Source of the DNA: a bacterium
GTDB taxonomy: Bacteria > Patescibacteriota > Saccharimonadia > Saccharimonadales > AWTP1-31
Direction of reading: 5' to 3'
Assembly: GCA_030426125.1 (NCBI GenBank)
Contig: JAUHZB010000001.1
Location: 94,583-158,582, forward strand
Length of the DNA: 64,000 bases
Numbering within the stretch: the stretch's first letter is position 1; the number at the start of each line of letters is the position of its first letter. The translations under genes were made by a program, and so were the position numbers. The notes beneath the pieces are model-generated. The model worked only from the letters and a program-made list of their open reading frames with translations, searched no databases and was not told where the DNA came from. This document shows, piece after piece, positions 53,343 to 62,661 of this stretch.

Positions 53343-53432
53343 TTAGTACTGAAGGTATTTTTGCCAACTTGGTCGTTTTACTTTTACTTCCACTTTTTGT
53401 CCTCTACTTATTGTTTTTATTTTAATACCCAT
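53343..53432 (-). CDS. 29-aa basic small protein (not in the ORF track)
   Basis: MGIKIKTISRGQKVEVKVKRPSWQKYLQY preceded by GAGGTAAGT; TTGACA promoter at 53572-53567. Confidence 0.5.
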   Translation of the reverse strand: MGIKIKTISRGQKVEVKVKRPSWQKYLQY

Positions 53433-53594
53433 ACTTACCTCACTTAATACAAAAAATCCCGTCTCAAAAAGATTATTTGTTTGTTAATATTTTTTTGTTT
53501 TTCCCGGCTAGACTCTCGCTTGCCTTGTCGAAGAATGCTATCCATTATTACTTAACTAAATGCTTATGTCAAGTAATTATTCGTAGTATTAGGT

Positions 53595-55133
53595 CTATTG
53601 TTTTGAGTACTTATTAATCTTGAACAGGATAGATGCGGTAGATAATGCCATAACTATAAATAACAAACTGTTATAAGCCCTAGATCCGGTATCAGCTAGG
53701 TTGCCTTGTCCTGAAGTTGTTTCAGGGTCTAGTGTTGTTGTAGCATCTCCAAGCACTGTCTGATAAGCTCCAACGTCCCAATGATTAGCATCACGAGCTA
53801 CACCCCGAGCATCTGTAGAAATACCAAGTACTGCGCTTCCCGCACCAATTGCTGGTGAACCTGACAGTAATTCCATAGTTGGCACCATGCCTCCATTGTT
53901 TTGCAGGGGCCCGAGTGTTGACAAGATATTATTGACGTTCTGTTGGTCTCCAGGCTGGTTAAAGTCTTCACAGCTATCGTCATCAGAGATGTTGTAGCCT
54001 GCTGAAACTATATTCGGTATTCCTTGTCCACTTCCGCCAAATATAGAGGTAAAGTCTCCCTCTGCACAGTTGCTTGAAACACTACTAGAGGTGTTATTAG
54101 CCATAAGGCTGTTTGATACTGTCATATTTACTGTACCTACTTCCTCGGCCGCGGCGCCCGAGCCAACCGCGTAAAACGCCCCAGATTTAATTCCAGCAAG
54201 AGGACCAGTTCCATTTGCACCGTGGGTGTTAGTTATTGTTATGTTATCAATATCCATATCAACAGTTGAATCGCCATCATTATTCGTGAAAGCTACCCCG
54301 TTGAACGGTGCTGTCAATGCCTCGCCAGTTATGTTAGTAATGGTGGTATTCGAAATGTTAGCGTTTATTGTTCCGGAGCTTCCACCAAATGTGCCCACAT
54401 GCATAGCTAAGCCATTTATACCCTCAGATCCAGTTGAATGAATATTATATAAAGTAGTATTTGTAACTGTGGCTTCGGTATGACCCTGTTCCGATAATGC
54501 AACCAGGAAAGCGTTGATGTATTTTCCAATAGTAGTAATGCTGTGAATATACACATTACTTGAGTTTAACTCGTGACTTTCCCCGTCACTATTGAAGTGC
54601 GCGATCCCAAATATTTGGCCACTACTGTCGGCATTTGTTCCATCAACTTCAATATTGTCTAATTCTAGATCAGAACTTACGATATATATTGCAGCGATAT
54701 TATAAGCTGTAATTGATAAGTCTTTGATTGAAACAGATGACACTCCAGTAACGTAGAAGCCGCTGTATTGGCCGTTATCTCCATCAATAATTGTATCTCC
54801 CATGCCTGCACCCTGAATTACAGCGGGATTCGTTAACTCCAATATGTCTTCCGATAACGTAATAGTCCCTGCTGGTATTGATATAGTGTCGGTACTGCCA
54901 TCGCCCGCCAAACAATCTGGGTAGGTCTGAGCTTGATCGTTGATGTTGCCAATAGCTTCACTTAATGCACAAGATCCATTAGTAGTAGTTTCATCCGTTC
55001 CTGTGGCAACATTTAAGGTTGCGGCATGAGCATTACCGCTGGCTATTATTATTGTTGCAAGCAGTGCAACGAAAAAGAGTATGAATTGATATTTTTTGGC
55101 TATTTGTTGTATTGCTGGGTTGAAGGATAACAT
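53595..55133 (-). CDS. CSLREA-like/choice-of-anchor-Q-like surface protein with LADTG sorting signal
   Basis: Signal peptide AHA-A, CALSEAI, LGPLQNNGG...GSPAIGAG...TDARG...DVGAYQ, LADTG-TM-basic tail. Confidence 0.85.
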   Translation of the reverse strand: MLSFNPAIQQIAKKYQFILFFVALLATIIIASGNAHAATLNVATGTDETTTNGSCALSEAIGNINDQAQTYPDCLAGDGSTDTISIPAGTITLSEDILELTNPAVIQGAGMGDTIIDGDNGQYSGFYVTGVSSVSIKDLSITAYNIAAIYIVSSDLELDNIEVDGTNADSSGQIFGIAHFNSDGESHELNSSNVYIHSITTIGKYINAFLVALSEQGHTEATVTNTTLYNIHSTGSEGINGLAMHVGTFGGSSGTINANISNTTITNITGEALTAPFNGVAFTNNDGDSTVDMDIDNITITNTHGANGTGPLAGIKSGAFYAVGSGAAAEEVGTVNMTVSNSLMANNTSSSVSSNCAEGDFTSIFGGSGQGIPNIVSAGYNISDDDSCEDFNQPGDQQNVNNILSTLGPLQNNGGMVPTMELLSGSPAIGAGSAVLGISTDARGVARDANHWDVGAYQTVLGDATTTLDPETTSGQGNLADTGSRAYNSLLFIVMALSTASILFKINKYSKQ

Positions 55134-55266
55134 TATATTTTCCTATTCGTTGGTGATTATTATACCTAGGCATTAATGCTTATGCAAAGATTACCTCAAT
55201 TCTTTCTAGTTTGGGTGCTAGAGTTAAACACTCGACAGATAATCAAATAAACCGTAATCTATATGT

Positions 55267-56313
55267 ATGATTAAGCTTTTGGCCATTATTCTTTTGACCC
55301 TACTTACTATTGGCAGTGTTTCTCTGCAAAAGACTTACTCAAAATATAGTCGTAAAGAACTAAAAAGACGAGCTAATAAAGGTGACGAATTGGCCGAAGC
55401 GCTGTGGCGAGCAGTTTCTTTTGGTCTAAGCCTAGACGTCTTGCTGTGGGGATTAATAGGATTTAGTGCAGCAGTATTATTCGTGCTACTTTCTACCACT
55501 TTACCCGGTTGGATGGCTATTCTGGGTTGTGCATCAATACTGTGGTTGGCTTTTGCATGGTTGCCGAATGTTCGAGTTTCACAACTTAGTGAAAGAATTG
55601 CTCGGGCGGTAGCTCCATGGCTGGCTAAGGTAATGCAGAAGCTGTATCCACTACTAAATAGAATTGCTAAGCTAGTCAGCAAGCACAGTAAAATACATTT
55701 CCATAGTGGACTGTATGAAAAAGAAGACTTAATTGAGCTTTTAGAATCCCAGCGCAAACAACCAGATAACCGAATGAGCGATTCAGAGATTAATATTATT
55801 AAACACGCCCTTAGTTTTAGCGATGAATTAATCCGTGATGTTATGACTCCTAAGCGAGTTATTAAATCGGTTAAAGCTTCAGATAGTTTAGGACCCATAC
55901 TGATGGCTGAACTACATGATAGTGGTTTCTCTCGCTTTCCAGTGGTTGGCGACGATGAACATATAGTCGGGACCCTTTATCTACGAGACCTAGTCCAGGC
56001 CAAAGCTAGTGGTGAAGTAAAGAAGCTAATGAGCAATAAGGTTTACTACGTTAACGAAGATAAACAACTGGGCCACGCTTTGCAGGCGTTTTTAAAGACT
56101 AAGCACCATCTATTTATCGTGGTTAATGGTTTTGAAGAGGTAGTTGGCCTGATTACCATCGAAGATGTTCTGGAGAGAATCGTTGGTAAGCAAATTGTTG
56201 ATGAGTTCGATAAATACGAAGACCTTAGAGCAGTTGCCGCCCTAGAGGCAAAAAAAGACGCCAAGAAGCATCAACATGTTAAGTCGGCACATGCTGAGTC
56301 TAGTGATAAATAA
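55267..56313 (+). CDS. CNNM/CorC-like membrane protein with CBS pair
   Basis: N-terminal TM helices, DVMTPK, GFSRFPV, GLITIEDVLERIVG...DEFD motifs. Confidence 0.88.
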   Translation: MIKLLAIILLTLLTIGSVSLQKTYSKYSRKELKRRANKGDELAEALWRAVSFGLSLDVLLWGLIGFSAAVLFVLLSTTLPGWMAILGCASILWLAFAWLPNVRVSQLSERIARAVAPWLAKVMQKLYPLLNRIAKLVSKHSKIHFHSGLYEKEDLIELLESQRKQPDNRMSDSEINIIKHALSFSDELIRDVMTPKRVIKSVKASDSLGPILMAELHDSGFSRFPVVGDDEHIVGTLYLRDLVQAKASGEVKKLMSNKVYYVNEDKQLGHALQAFLKTKHHLFIVVNGFEEVVGLITIEDVLERIVGKQIVDEFDKYEDLRAVAALEAKKDAKKHQHVKSAHAESSDK

Positions 56314-56418
56314 TCCGGAGCTTTTTTACCAAGCAGTTGCTACCTAGTATAAGAAGGTGACTACCTATCGATTATCTGTTATGATTACATCTGTAAAACA
56401 GCTAAATAAAAGGGAAGA

Positions 56419-57732
56419 ATGGTGAGAACTTTAGCCAGAGATATAGCTAAACATATAGACAAGTCAGTTACTGTTTGTGGCTGGATACATAAAAAGCGTT
56501 TACTTGGTGGGCTGAACTTTATAAATATCCGCGATAGAAGTGGGCTAGTACAGGTATTGGTTGAAGACAAGGACGAAGTTGAAAAACTACGTGGTATGCA
56601 GATTGGTACAGTAGTTTCTATCACTGGAAATGTAGTTAAAGACGATCGGTCTCCCGGTGGAGCTGAGATTCATGAACCTAGCGTAGAGGTATTAGTCCCA
56701 GTAACTGATGAACCGCCAATTGAGATAGATAAACCAATTAGTCATAAAAGCGAACACTTAGACACCCTACTAGATAACAGAGTTATTGGCCTGCGTAACC
56801 TGCAAGAACAGAAGATCTTTAAGCTTCGAGCTGATCTAAACCGCTATATCCGCGAATACCTAAACGAAAAAGAATTTGTTGAAATTCAAACCCCTAAGCT
56901 GTTAGCTGAAGCAACCGAAGGTGGTGCAGAAGTCTTTAAGCTACCTTACTTCGGCAAAGAAGCAACCCTTGCCCAAAGTCCACAATTCTATAAGCAGATG
57001 ATGGTTGGGGTGTTTGAGCGAGTTTACGAAATTGGTCCGGCCTTTAGGGCTGAGCCTAGCGCCACTACTAGGCATATGAGTGAACTCACAATGCTAGATA
57101 TTGAAATGGGCTTCGTAGATGATCATGATCAGGTCCTTGATTTAGTCGGAGATATGACTATATCTGTTCTGAAACGGGCCTACCAAGAACATGAAGCTGA
57201 TCTTAAGAGTTTAAATGCACCTGAACTGAAGCTAGGCGACAGTGTTCCTAAATTTAGTGTTGCCGAGATTCATGAACTTTATTCTAAGGCCAATAACGTA
57301 GATACAACCCAGGAAAAAGATCTTATACCAGATGAAGAACGTTGGATATGTGAATATGCTAAGAAAAAACATGGCTCAGAGTTAGTTTATGCAACCAACT
57401 TCCCAGTAGAAGCTATGAAGTTTTACCATCAAGTAAATCCGGAAGATTCGAAAACTGTATTATGGGCCGACCTGTTGTTTAGGGGTCTGGAAATAGCGAC
57501 AGTGCCACTGCGCGAACACCGCTATGATATTTTGGTTAAACAGATGAAAAAAGCCGGACTTGATGTAGATCATCCAGGCTTTAAATATTACTTACAAGCC
57601 TTTAAGTATGGATTACCTCAGCATGGTGGTTGTGGCTTTGGAATTGATAGATTAGTTGAAAAAACAGTTGGACTAAACAACGTTAAAGAAGCTACTCTCT
57701 TCCCAAGAGATATTAATCGCTTAGCTCCTTAG
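56419..57732 (+). CDS. aspS: Aspartate-tRNA ligase, short archaeal-type (likely non-discriminating)
   Basis: OB fold, EGGAEVF, LAQSPQFYKQ, FRAE, PQHGGCGFGIDR, LFPRD; 437 aa with no GAD insert. Confidence 0.93.
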   Translation: MVRTLARDIAKHIDKSVTVCGWIHKKRLLGGLNFINIRDRSGLVQVLVEDKDEVEKLRGMQIGTVVSITGNVVKDDRSPGGAEIHEPSVEVLVPVTDEPPIEIDKPISHKSEHLDTLLDNRVIGLRNLQEQKIFKLRADLNRYIREYLNEKEFVEIQTPKLLAEATEGGAEVFKLPYFGKEATLAQSPQFYKQMMVGVFERVYEIGPAFRAEPSATTRHMSELTMLDIEMGFVDDHDQVLDLVGDMTISVLKRAYQEHEADLKSLNAPELKLGDSVPKFSVAEIHELYSKANNVDTTQEKDLIPDEERWICEYAKKKHGSELVYATNFPVEAMKFYHQVNPEDSKTVLWADLLFRGLEIATVPLREHRYDILVKQMKKAGLDVDHPGFKYYLQAFKYGLPQHGGCGFGIDRLVEKTVGLNNVKEATLFPRDINRLAP

Positions 57733-57878
57733 TCGTCTCTATCTGTTAAATATTCTTGTTATAAGTTTGTTGTTTGGTGATTTCTGGATTCTGGATTCAG
57801 CTTAAGGATAATGTTAGGTGTGTTGTTTATGTGATAAAATATCTCTAATAAGTAAGCATAAACAAGAATTCTAAATAT

Positions 57879-59423
57879 ATGCATTTATCTATAATCTCAA
57901 TGAGCTGGAAGTACAAGATTATTTTATTTGGCTTCCTACTTGTGACAGCATTGTTATTCAGTGGTAATCAGGCAAGCGCAGCTACTTTCAACGTAGCTTC
58001 TGGCACTGATCAAGTGTCGGTAGATAGTTCATGCTCACTCAGTGAGGCTATAGAAAATATTAATGATCAAGCACAAACTAATGCTGATTGTGCTGCTGGC
58101 GATGGTCTAGAGGACGCTATAAATATTCCAGCTGGAACTCTTACTTTAAGTGCAGACATACCAACAATTACTGAGTCAGTTGTAATAAACGGGGCGGGCA
58201 TTGATCAGACTATAGTTAATGGAGACAGTGGTCAGTATAAAGGATTTGAGGTAGAGGCGGATGTCGATTTTGAGATACATCATATGATGATCACGGCCTA
58301 TAAACACTATGCAGTTAACGCTGACGCTCAAACAATTGTTGTTACTAATATTGAGGTTGATGGAACGGACTCAACTATCGAGGATGGTGAGCTCGCCGGT
58401 GTAATAGCCTTAGGGCGAGAAAATATAGATAGCTCTATAAATATTCAAAATGTAGACATTCATGATCTAGAGGCTTCATCAACAATTATCCATGGTATAG
58501 GGCTTGGTAACAGGGCAACTGGCAGTAGTACAGAGATAGAATTATCTAATGTGACTGTTGCCAGATTGACCAACAATAGTGCCAGCGGAAGTATTAATGC
58601 CTTTCTTTTTTCTATAGGGGCATTTGGCTTAAACGGTGGCGGTGGATCTATTGAGGCTACCGTTTCAAATGTTACTATAACTGAGGTTGTCGCCAACGGT
58701 GCTGGTGGGTCTGCATCAGGGTTCGGTGGTTTTGGTATGGCATCCTCTGGAAACACTGACATCGTTATTGACGCTAGGAATGTCACTGTAACCGGAATTC
58801 GTGGCAATACTAGCGCTTATGGTGACACCGCAGTATTCTTTTCGGCTGGTGCAGGAATTGGCGTTGGTGATGTGGCTAGTACTACTCTTAATGCTACCAA
58901 CAGTCTTCTGGCAGATAATTTAAATAACGGTGCTTCTTCTAATTGTAAAACTCTAGATGTTAGTGGTGTGTTTGCCGGTAGTGGAAGTGCCGATGTAGAG
59001 ATTAATTCTTTAGGCCATAATTTATCTGATGATAATACCTGCACATCATTTATTGCTGAAGGAGATATGCAGAATATGGCCAATATATTAAGTACACTAG
59101 GTCCACTACAAGACAACGGTGGCCCAGTCCAAACAAGGGCGCTTCTGCCTGGTTCACCAGCTATCGGGGCTGGAGGGGTAGTTTTAGGTATAACTACAGA
59201 TGCAAGAGGTGTCGCAAGGAACCCATCTAGTTGGGATGTTGGAGCATATCAGTCTGTACTAGGGGATTCAACAGATGATTCAGAGCCTGTATCCGCAACT
59301 TACGATAAGGGTAATCTAGCTGACACTGGGCAGGATACTAGTTTGTCTTTCTGGTTTGGAATTAGTTTGATCGTTTCTGTAGCAGGATTGTTTCTCCGTA
59401 GACTAGCTTTTAATTTACAGTAA
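57879..59423 (+). CDS. CSLREA-like/choice-of-anchor-Q-like surface protein with LADTG sorting signal
   Basis: Signal peptide ASA-A, CSLSEAI, LGPLQDNGG...GSPAIGAG...TDARG...DVGAYQ, LADTG-TM-RR. Confidence 0.85.
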   Translation: MHLSIISMSWKYKIILFGFLLVTALLFSGNQASAATFNVASGTDQVSVDSSCSLSEAIENINDQAQTNADCAAGDGLEDAINIPAGTLTLSADIPTITESVVINGAGIDQTIVNGDSGQYKGFEVEADVDFEIHHMMITAYKHYAVNADAQTIVVTNIEVDGTDSTIEDGELAGVIALGRENIDSSINIQNVDIHDLEASSTIIHGIGLGNRATGSSTEIELSNVTVARLTNNSASGSINAFLFSIGAFGLNGGGGSIEATVSNVTITEVVANGAGGSASGFGGFGMASSGNTDIVIDARNVTVTGIRGNTSAYGDTAVFFSAGAGIGVGDVASTTLNATNSLLADNLNNGASSNCKTLDVSGVFAGSGSADVEINSLGHNLSDDNTCTSFIAEGDMQNMANILSTLGPLQDNGGPVQTRALLPGSPAIGAGGVVLGITTDARGVARNPSSWDVGAYQSVLGDSTDDSEPVSATYDKGNLADTGQDTSLSFWFGISLIVSVAGLFLRRLAFNLQ

Positions 59424-59498
59424 TATATAATGAAAGTGCTTAACTGAAATATAAAAATATAAACCAAAGTAAAATAAAAAGCCAAAAGAATACAGACA

Positions 59499-59771
59499 AT
59501 GAGTTTACTGCTCGATCAACTGAATCTAGATTATGAAATTTATGCTGATGACCCTATTAAGAGAGGCATTGAATTAGGGCACTCCGTAATTGGCCGTATA
59601 TCCTCTGATATATATAATTTTGCCCATCAAACAAATAGTGAAGACGAATTAACTAGTGATTTTCAGCAACCTAAGATGCTGAGCGTTTATAGAAGAAGAG
59701 AGTATCAGTCTAGACCTCTACAGCATTTATACAGTAGAAGAGTTATTGGCTATGTTTCACGCTCAATTTAG
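59499..59771 (+). CDS. Hypothetical protein
   Basis: 90-aa ORF with an A-rich leader, between two convergent surface-protein genes. Confidence 0.5.
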   Translation: MSLLLDQLNLDYEIYADDPIKRGIELGHSVIGRISSDIYNFAHQTNSEDELTSDFQQPKMLSVYRRREYQSRPLQHLYSRRVIGYVSRSI

Positions 59772-61523
59772 AAGTCTTCTGCGATAACCTGCTATCCCAA
59801 TACATATAGTAAGTATTGATAGTACGATAGCAATTACGATTGAGATATCTTGTCCAGTGTCAGCCAAAGCCGAGTCGGAGTCGTTTGAGGAAGTTTCAAT
59901 TGAATCTCCTAGTACTGTCTGATAAGCGCCAACATCCGGATTGCTGGGCCTAGGAACGCCTCTTGCATCAGTGCTTATTCCTAGAACTTGTCCACCAGCA
60001 CCAATAGCCGGAGAACCAGGTAGCAGTGCTATTGTTGGGACGAAGCCCCCATTATCTTTTAATGTATCTAGAGTAGATAAAACATTCGGTTTTAGTTGAT
60101 AACCGGTGCAATGACTATCATCAGATATATTACTTCCTTGATTTGTCGGTGTTAAATCAGTAAGAGCAGAAGGTATCCCGAATACGGCAGAATCAATCAT
60201 CCCGCAGGTACCAATTATGCCATTTCTTTTATTGCCTGCCGATATCGAATTAATGGATGTTGAAGCTATTGATGTAGTGAAATCTGAAATATTTATTTTT
60301 AAAACGTAAAATGCCACATTATTTCCGGTGGTTATGCCGGTTTCGTATATACTTTCATCGGTCTGGGTAACTAAATTGTTGACTATTGTAGCGTTATAGA
60401 TTGTCATATCTGACCCTTCAGAATTGAGCACCCCTTGGAAGCCTGACATCGTTGGCTGATCATCAAATAGGTTCGTAGCGGTATTGTTTGCAACAGTTAC
60501 ATTTTTCAAATTCTGTACATCGGCTAATTTCCCGTTTACACTCATGCCAGTAGTGTATGGCTGGGAATTAAAATACCCGCCAACGACTGGATTAGAGCTG
60601 GTGGCCGTTACCGAATTACCTGCTATTGTTACGCTATCTACGTCTAATTCCATCGGCACTGTCGCTGAAGGACCACCATCCTGAAAAACTGATAGTATTG
60701 CATTTCCAGTCGCAGAGTTATCTAATACTGAAGTATTAGATATTGTGTTTACTACTTTAGAAACATCATCACCACCAACGCTAGTAAGGTTGATAATATC
60801 AACACCGGTTTTATGAGCTGAATTATTCGATGAGGTTACGTTAGACATGGTTAATGTAGGTATGTCTGTTGTAGCTATAGGAAAGGTAATTACTGATACG
60901 CCTGCAAAGCTTGAAGGATGATATGGACTTACAGAGCTTAAATCATAGGAGCTGGTATTATTTTGGAAATCGCTATTGGTGACAGTTACTGTTATTCCTG
61001 ACAGTATGGCTCCGGATACTGAATCTTCAACTAATACATTAGATAAGTTTATCGACGATGGTTGAGTAAATATAAATCCAGCAAAATCTGCACCTGTAAT
61101 TGTGAAGTTACTAAATCTATAATCATATAGCCCAGTGTCGCTTGAACTAAAATCTGCATTAAAGCCTAAATTACCATCAGCATCGATTGTAGTTGTTGTT
61201 TTTCCGGCACCTTCAACAATTAATGGCTCAGTTAGCTCTGGTAAATCATTGCTTAAAGTAACTGTGCCACTAGGCAAGATGATAGTATCGTTAGCTCCAT
61301 CTCCGGCACTACAGTCACTATTTGATTGAGCTTGATCGTTAATATTTTCAATAGCTTCGCTTAATCTACATTGGCCATCTGCGCTGATTGCATCACTACC
61401 AGAAACTACTGGTATAGTAGCTGCTTCAGCTTGTTGAGTCCCTAGTATATTGCTCATACCAATACATAAAGCTGTAAAGACTATTAGGATAAATGCTTTT
61501 TTATTTGTTTTAAATTGAATCAT
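59763..61523 (-). CDS. CSLREA-like/choice-of-anchor-Q-like surface protein with LADTG sorting signal
   Basis: Signal peptide AEA-A, CRLSEAI, LKDNGG...GSPAIGAG...TDARG...DVGAYQ, LADTG-TM-RRR; start inferred at 61523. Confidence 0.85.
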   Translation of the reverse strand: MIQFKTNKKAFILIVFTALCIGMSNILGTQQAEAATIPVVSGSDAISADGQCRLSEAIENINDQAQSNSDCSAGDGANDTIILPSGTVTLSNDLPELTEPLIVEGAGKTTTTIDADGNLGFNADFSSSDTGLYDYRFSNFTITGADFAGFIFTQPSSINLSNVLVEDSVSGAILSGITVTVTNSDFQNNTSSYDLSSVSPYHPSSFAGVSVITFPIATTDIPTLTMSNVTSSNNSAHKTGVDIINLTSVGGDDVSKVVNTISNTSVLDNSATGNAILSVFQDGGPSATVPMELDVDSVTIAGNSVTATSSNPVVGGYFNSQPYTTGMSVNGKLADVQNLKNVTVANNTATNLFDDQPTMSGFQGVLNSEGSDMTIYNATIVNNLVTQTDESIYETGITTGNNVAFYVLKINISDFTTSIASTSINSISAGNKRNGIIGTCGMIDSAVFGIPSALTDLTPTNQGSNISDDSHCTGYQLKPNVLSTLDTLKDNGGFVPTIALLPGSPAIGAGGQVLGISTDARGVPRPSNPDVGAYQTVLGDSIETSSNDSDSALADTGQDISIVIAIVLSILTICIGIAGYRRRLLN

Positions 61524-61662
61524 GGCAAGAATGTTTATGCTTAGATTATAACTCATTAATATGATTATTGTAATATTTATGCTTTTCGTTTACGAACCTT
61601 TCTTTGGATGGTTAACTAAGTGTTAGGGTGGCTAGTAGAAATATTATTAAGAGGGTCTTGAT

Positions 61663-62355
61663 TTGGGTAAGCGAGATATAGATCCAACAGCTGGGGGATA
61701 TCCAGCAGAGCAATACAGGCTGGTTGATCCAGATTATCGAATTGATACGCCAGTAGATAGCCGTGGATTAGTTGATATTCACAGGCATATAGACCTAGTA
61801 AAACAGACTTTATCGGATGAGATTGACTGGAGTGGGCAAGAAGTCAACACGCATCATTTTTACTGGCCCTCGACAGATTATCCGAGTATATTTTCAGGTA
61901 ATAGAGAACTAGAGTTAAAATTTAGAAGCCTGCCTATTCATTTGGGTGCTATGCCGGTTAAATTTCATAACTGGTTACATAAAATCAGTGAACCGCCAGT
62001 TAAGCCAAGAAATGAAGTAATGGAGCAGCAAGTCCAGTCATGGGAAGTAGCTGCTAGTGTGTTTAATACAGTTAGCGATTATAAGCGCCGAGCCAGACGT
62101 TATTTAGAAGTTGTCTTAGGTGATTTGGATCGGTCATATATTGGAGCGTTAACCGACATGGAACTTGAGGTAATTAATGATATTTATGATGACTTTTTTG
62201 ATAAGTTATCTAATGTTCATCAAGAGTTGTATCGAGTTCCTGAGGAGTTTAGATTAGTCGACCCTGATCTACCATTTGATACCCTAACTAGAACTGTCGG
62301 TAAAATTGTCGGTGCTAAGGCTCTTTATTTTACTAGGACGGTTCAGCTATCATAG
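61663..62355 (+). CDS. Hypothetical protein with His-rich putative metal site
   Basis: TTG start after GAGGG; NTHHFYWP...FHNWLH. Confidence 0.7.
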   Translation: MGKRDIDPTAGGYPAEQYRLVDPDYRIDTPVDSRGLVDIHRHIDLVKQTLSDEIDWSGQEVNTHHFYWPSTDYPSIFSGNRELELKFRSLPIHLGAMPVKFHNWLHKISEPPVKPRNEVMEQQVQSWEVAASVFNTVSDYKRRARRYLEVVLGDLDRSYIGALTDMELEVINDIYDDFFDKLSNVHQELYRVPEEFRLVDPDLPFDTLTRTVGKIVGAKALYFTRTVQLS

Positions 62356-62359
62356 GAAT

Positions 62360-62608
62360 ATGATAATCGATGTTCGTGAACAAGATGAGTATGACAGTGG
62401 CCACGTCGACGGAGCTATTAATATTCCACTTAGTGAATTAGGTAGTAGTACAACAAAGCTGGATGAGCTGGATAAAGATCAGCAAGTGATTCTCTATTGT
62501 CGTAGTGGTGCCCGGGCTGGTTCTGCGGTGCAACTATTTAAGAGCCTAGGCTTTAAAGACGTTGTTAATGGTATTAACCAACAAACTGTTGAACAACAGT
62601 ACCTATAG
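62360..62608 (+). CDS. Single-domain rhodanese
   Basis: IIDVRE, GHVDGAINIP, YCRSGAR motifs; start inferred at ATG 62360. Confidence 0.92.
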   Translation: MIIDVREQDEYDSGHVDGAINIPLSELGSSTTKLDELDKDQQVILYCRSGARAGSAVQLFKSLGFKDVVNGINQQTVEQQYL

Positions 62609-62661
62609 TTTATTTGTTATTACTGTCCTGAAATTGGTATTTCTATATTAATTCTATATGT

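Noticed and set aside
56314..56418. Possible T-box leader before aspS
   Set aside because: Too short and lacks the T-box GGTGGNACCGCG sequence.
57733..57840. G/T-rich spacer after aspS with TTCTGGA x2 and a 14-nt match (GTTATAAGTTTGTT) to 51210-51223
   Set aside because: Low complexity, only two copies, no ORF or convincing structure.
53595..61556. Diversity-generating retroelement or invertible shufflon acting on the surface paralogs
   Set aside because: No reverse transcriptase or recombinase in the window, and the paralogs differ at many synonymous sites, with no near-identical TR/VR pair or inverted repeats seen.
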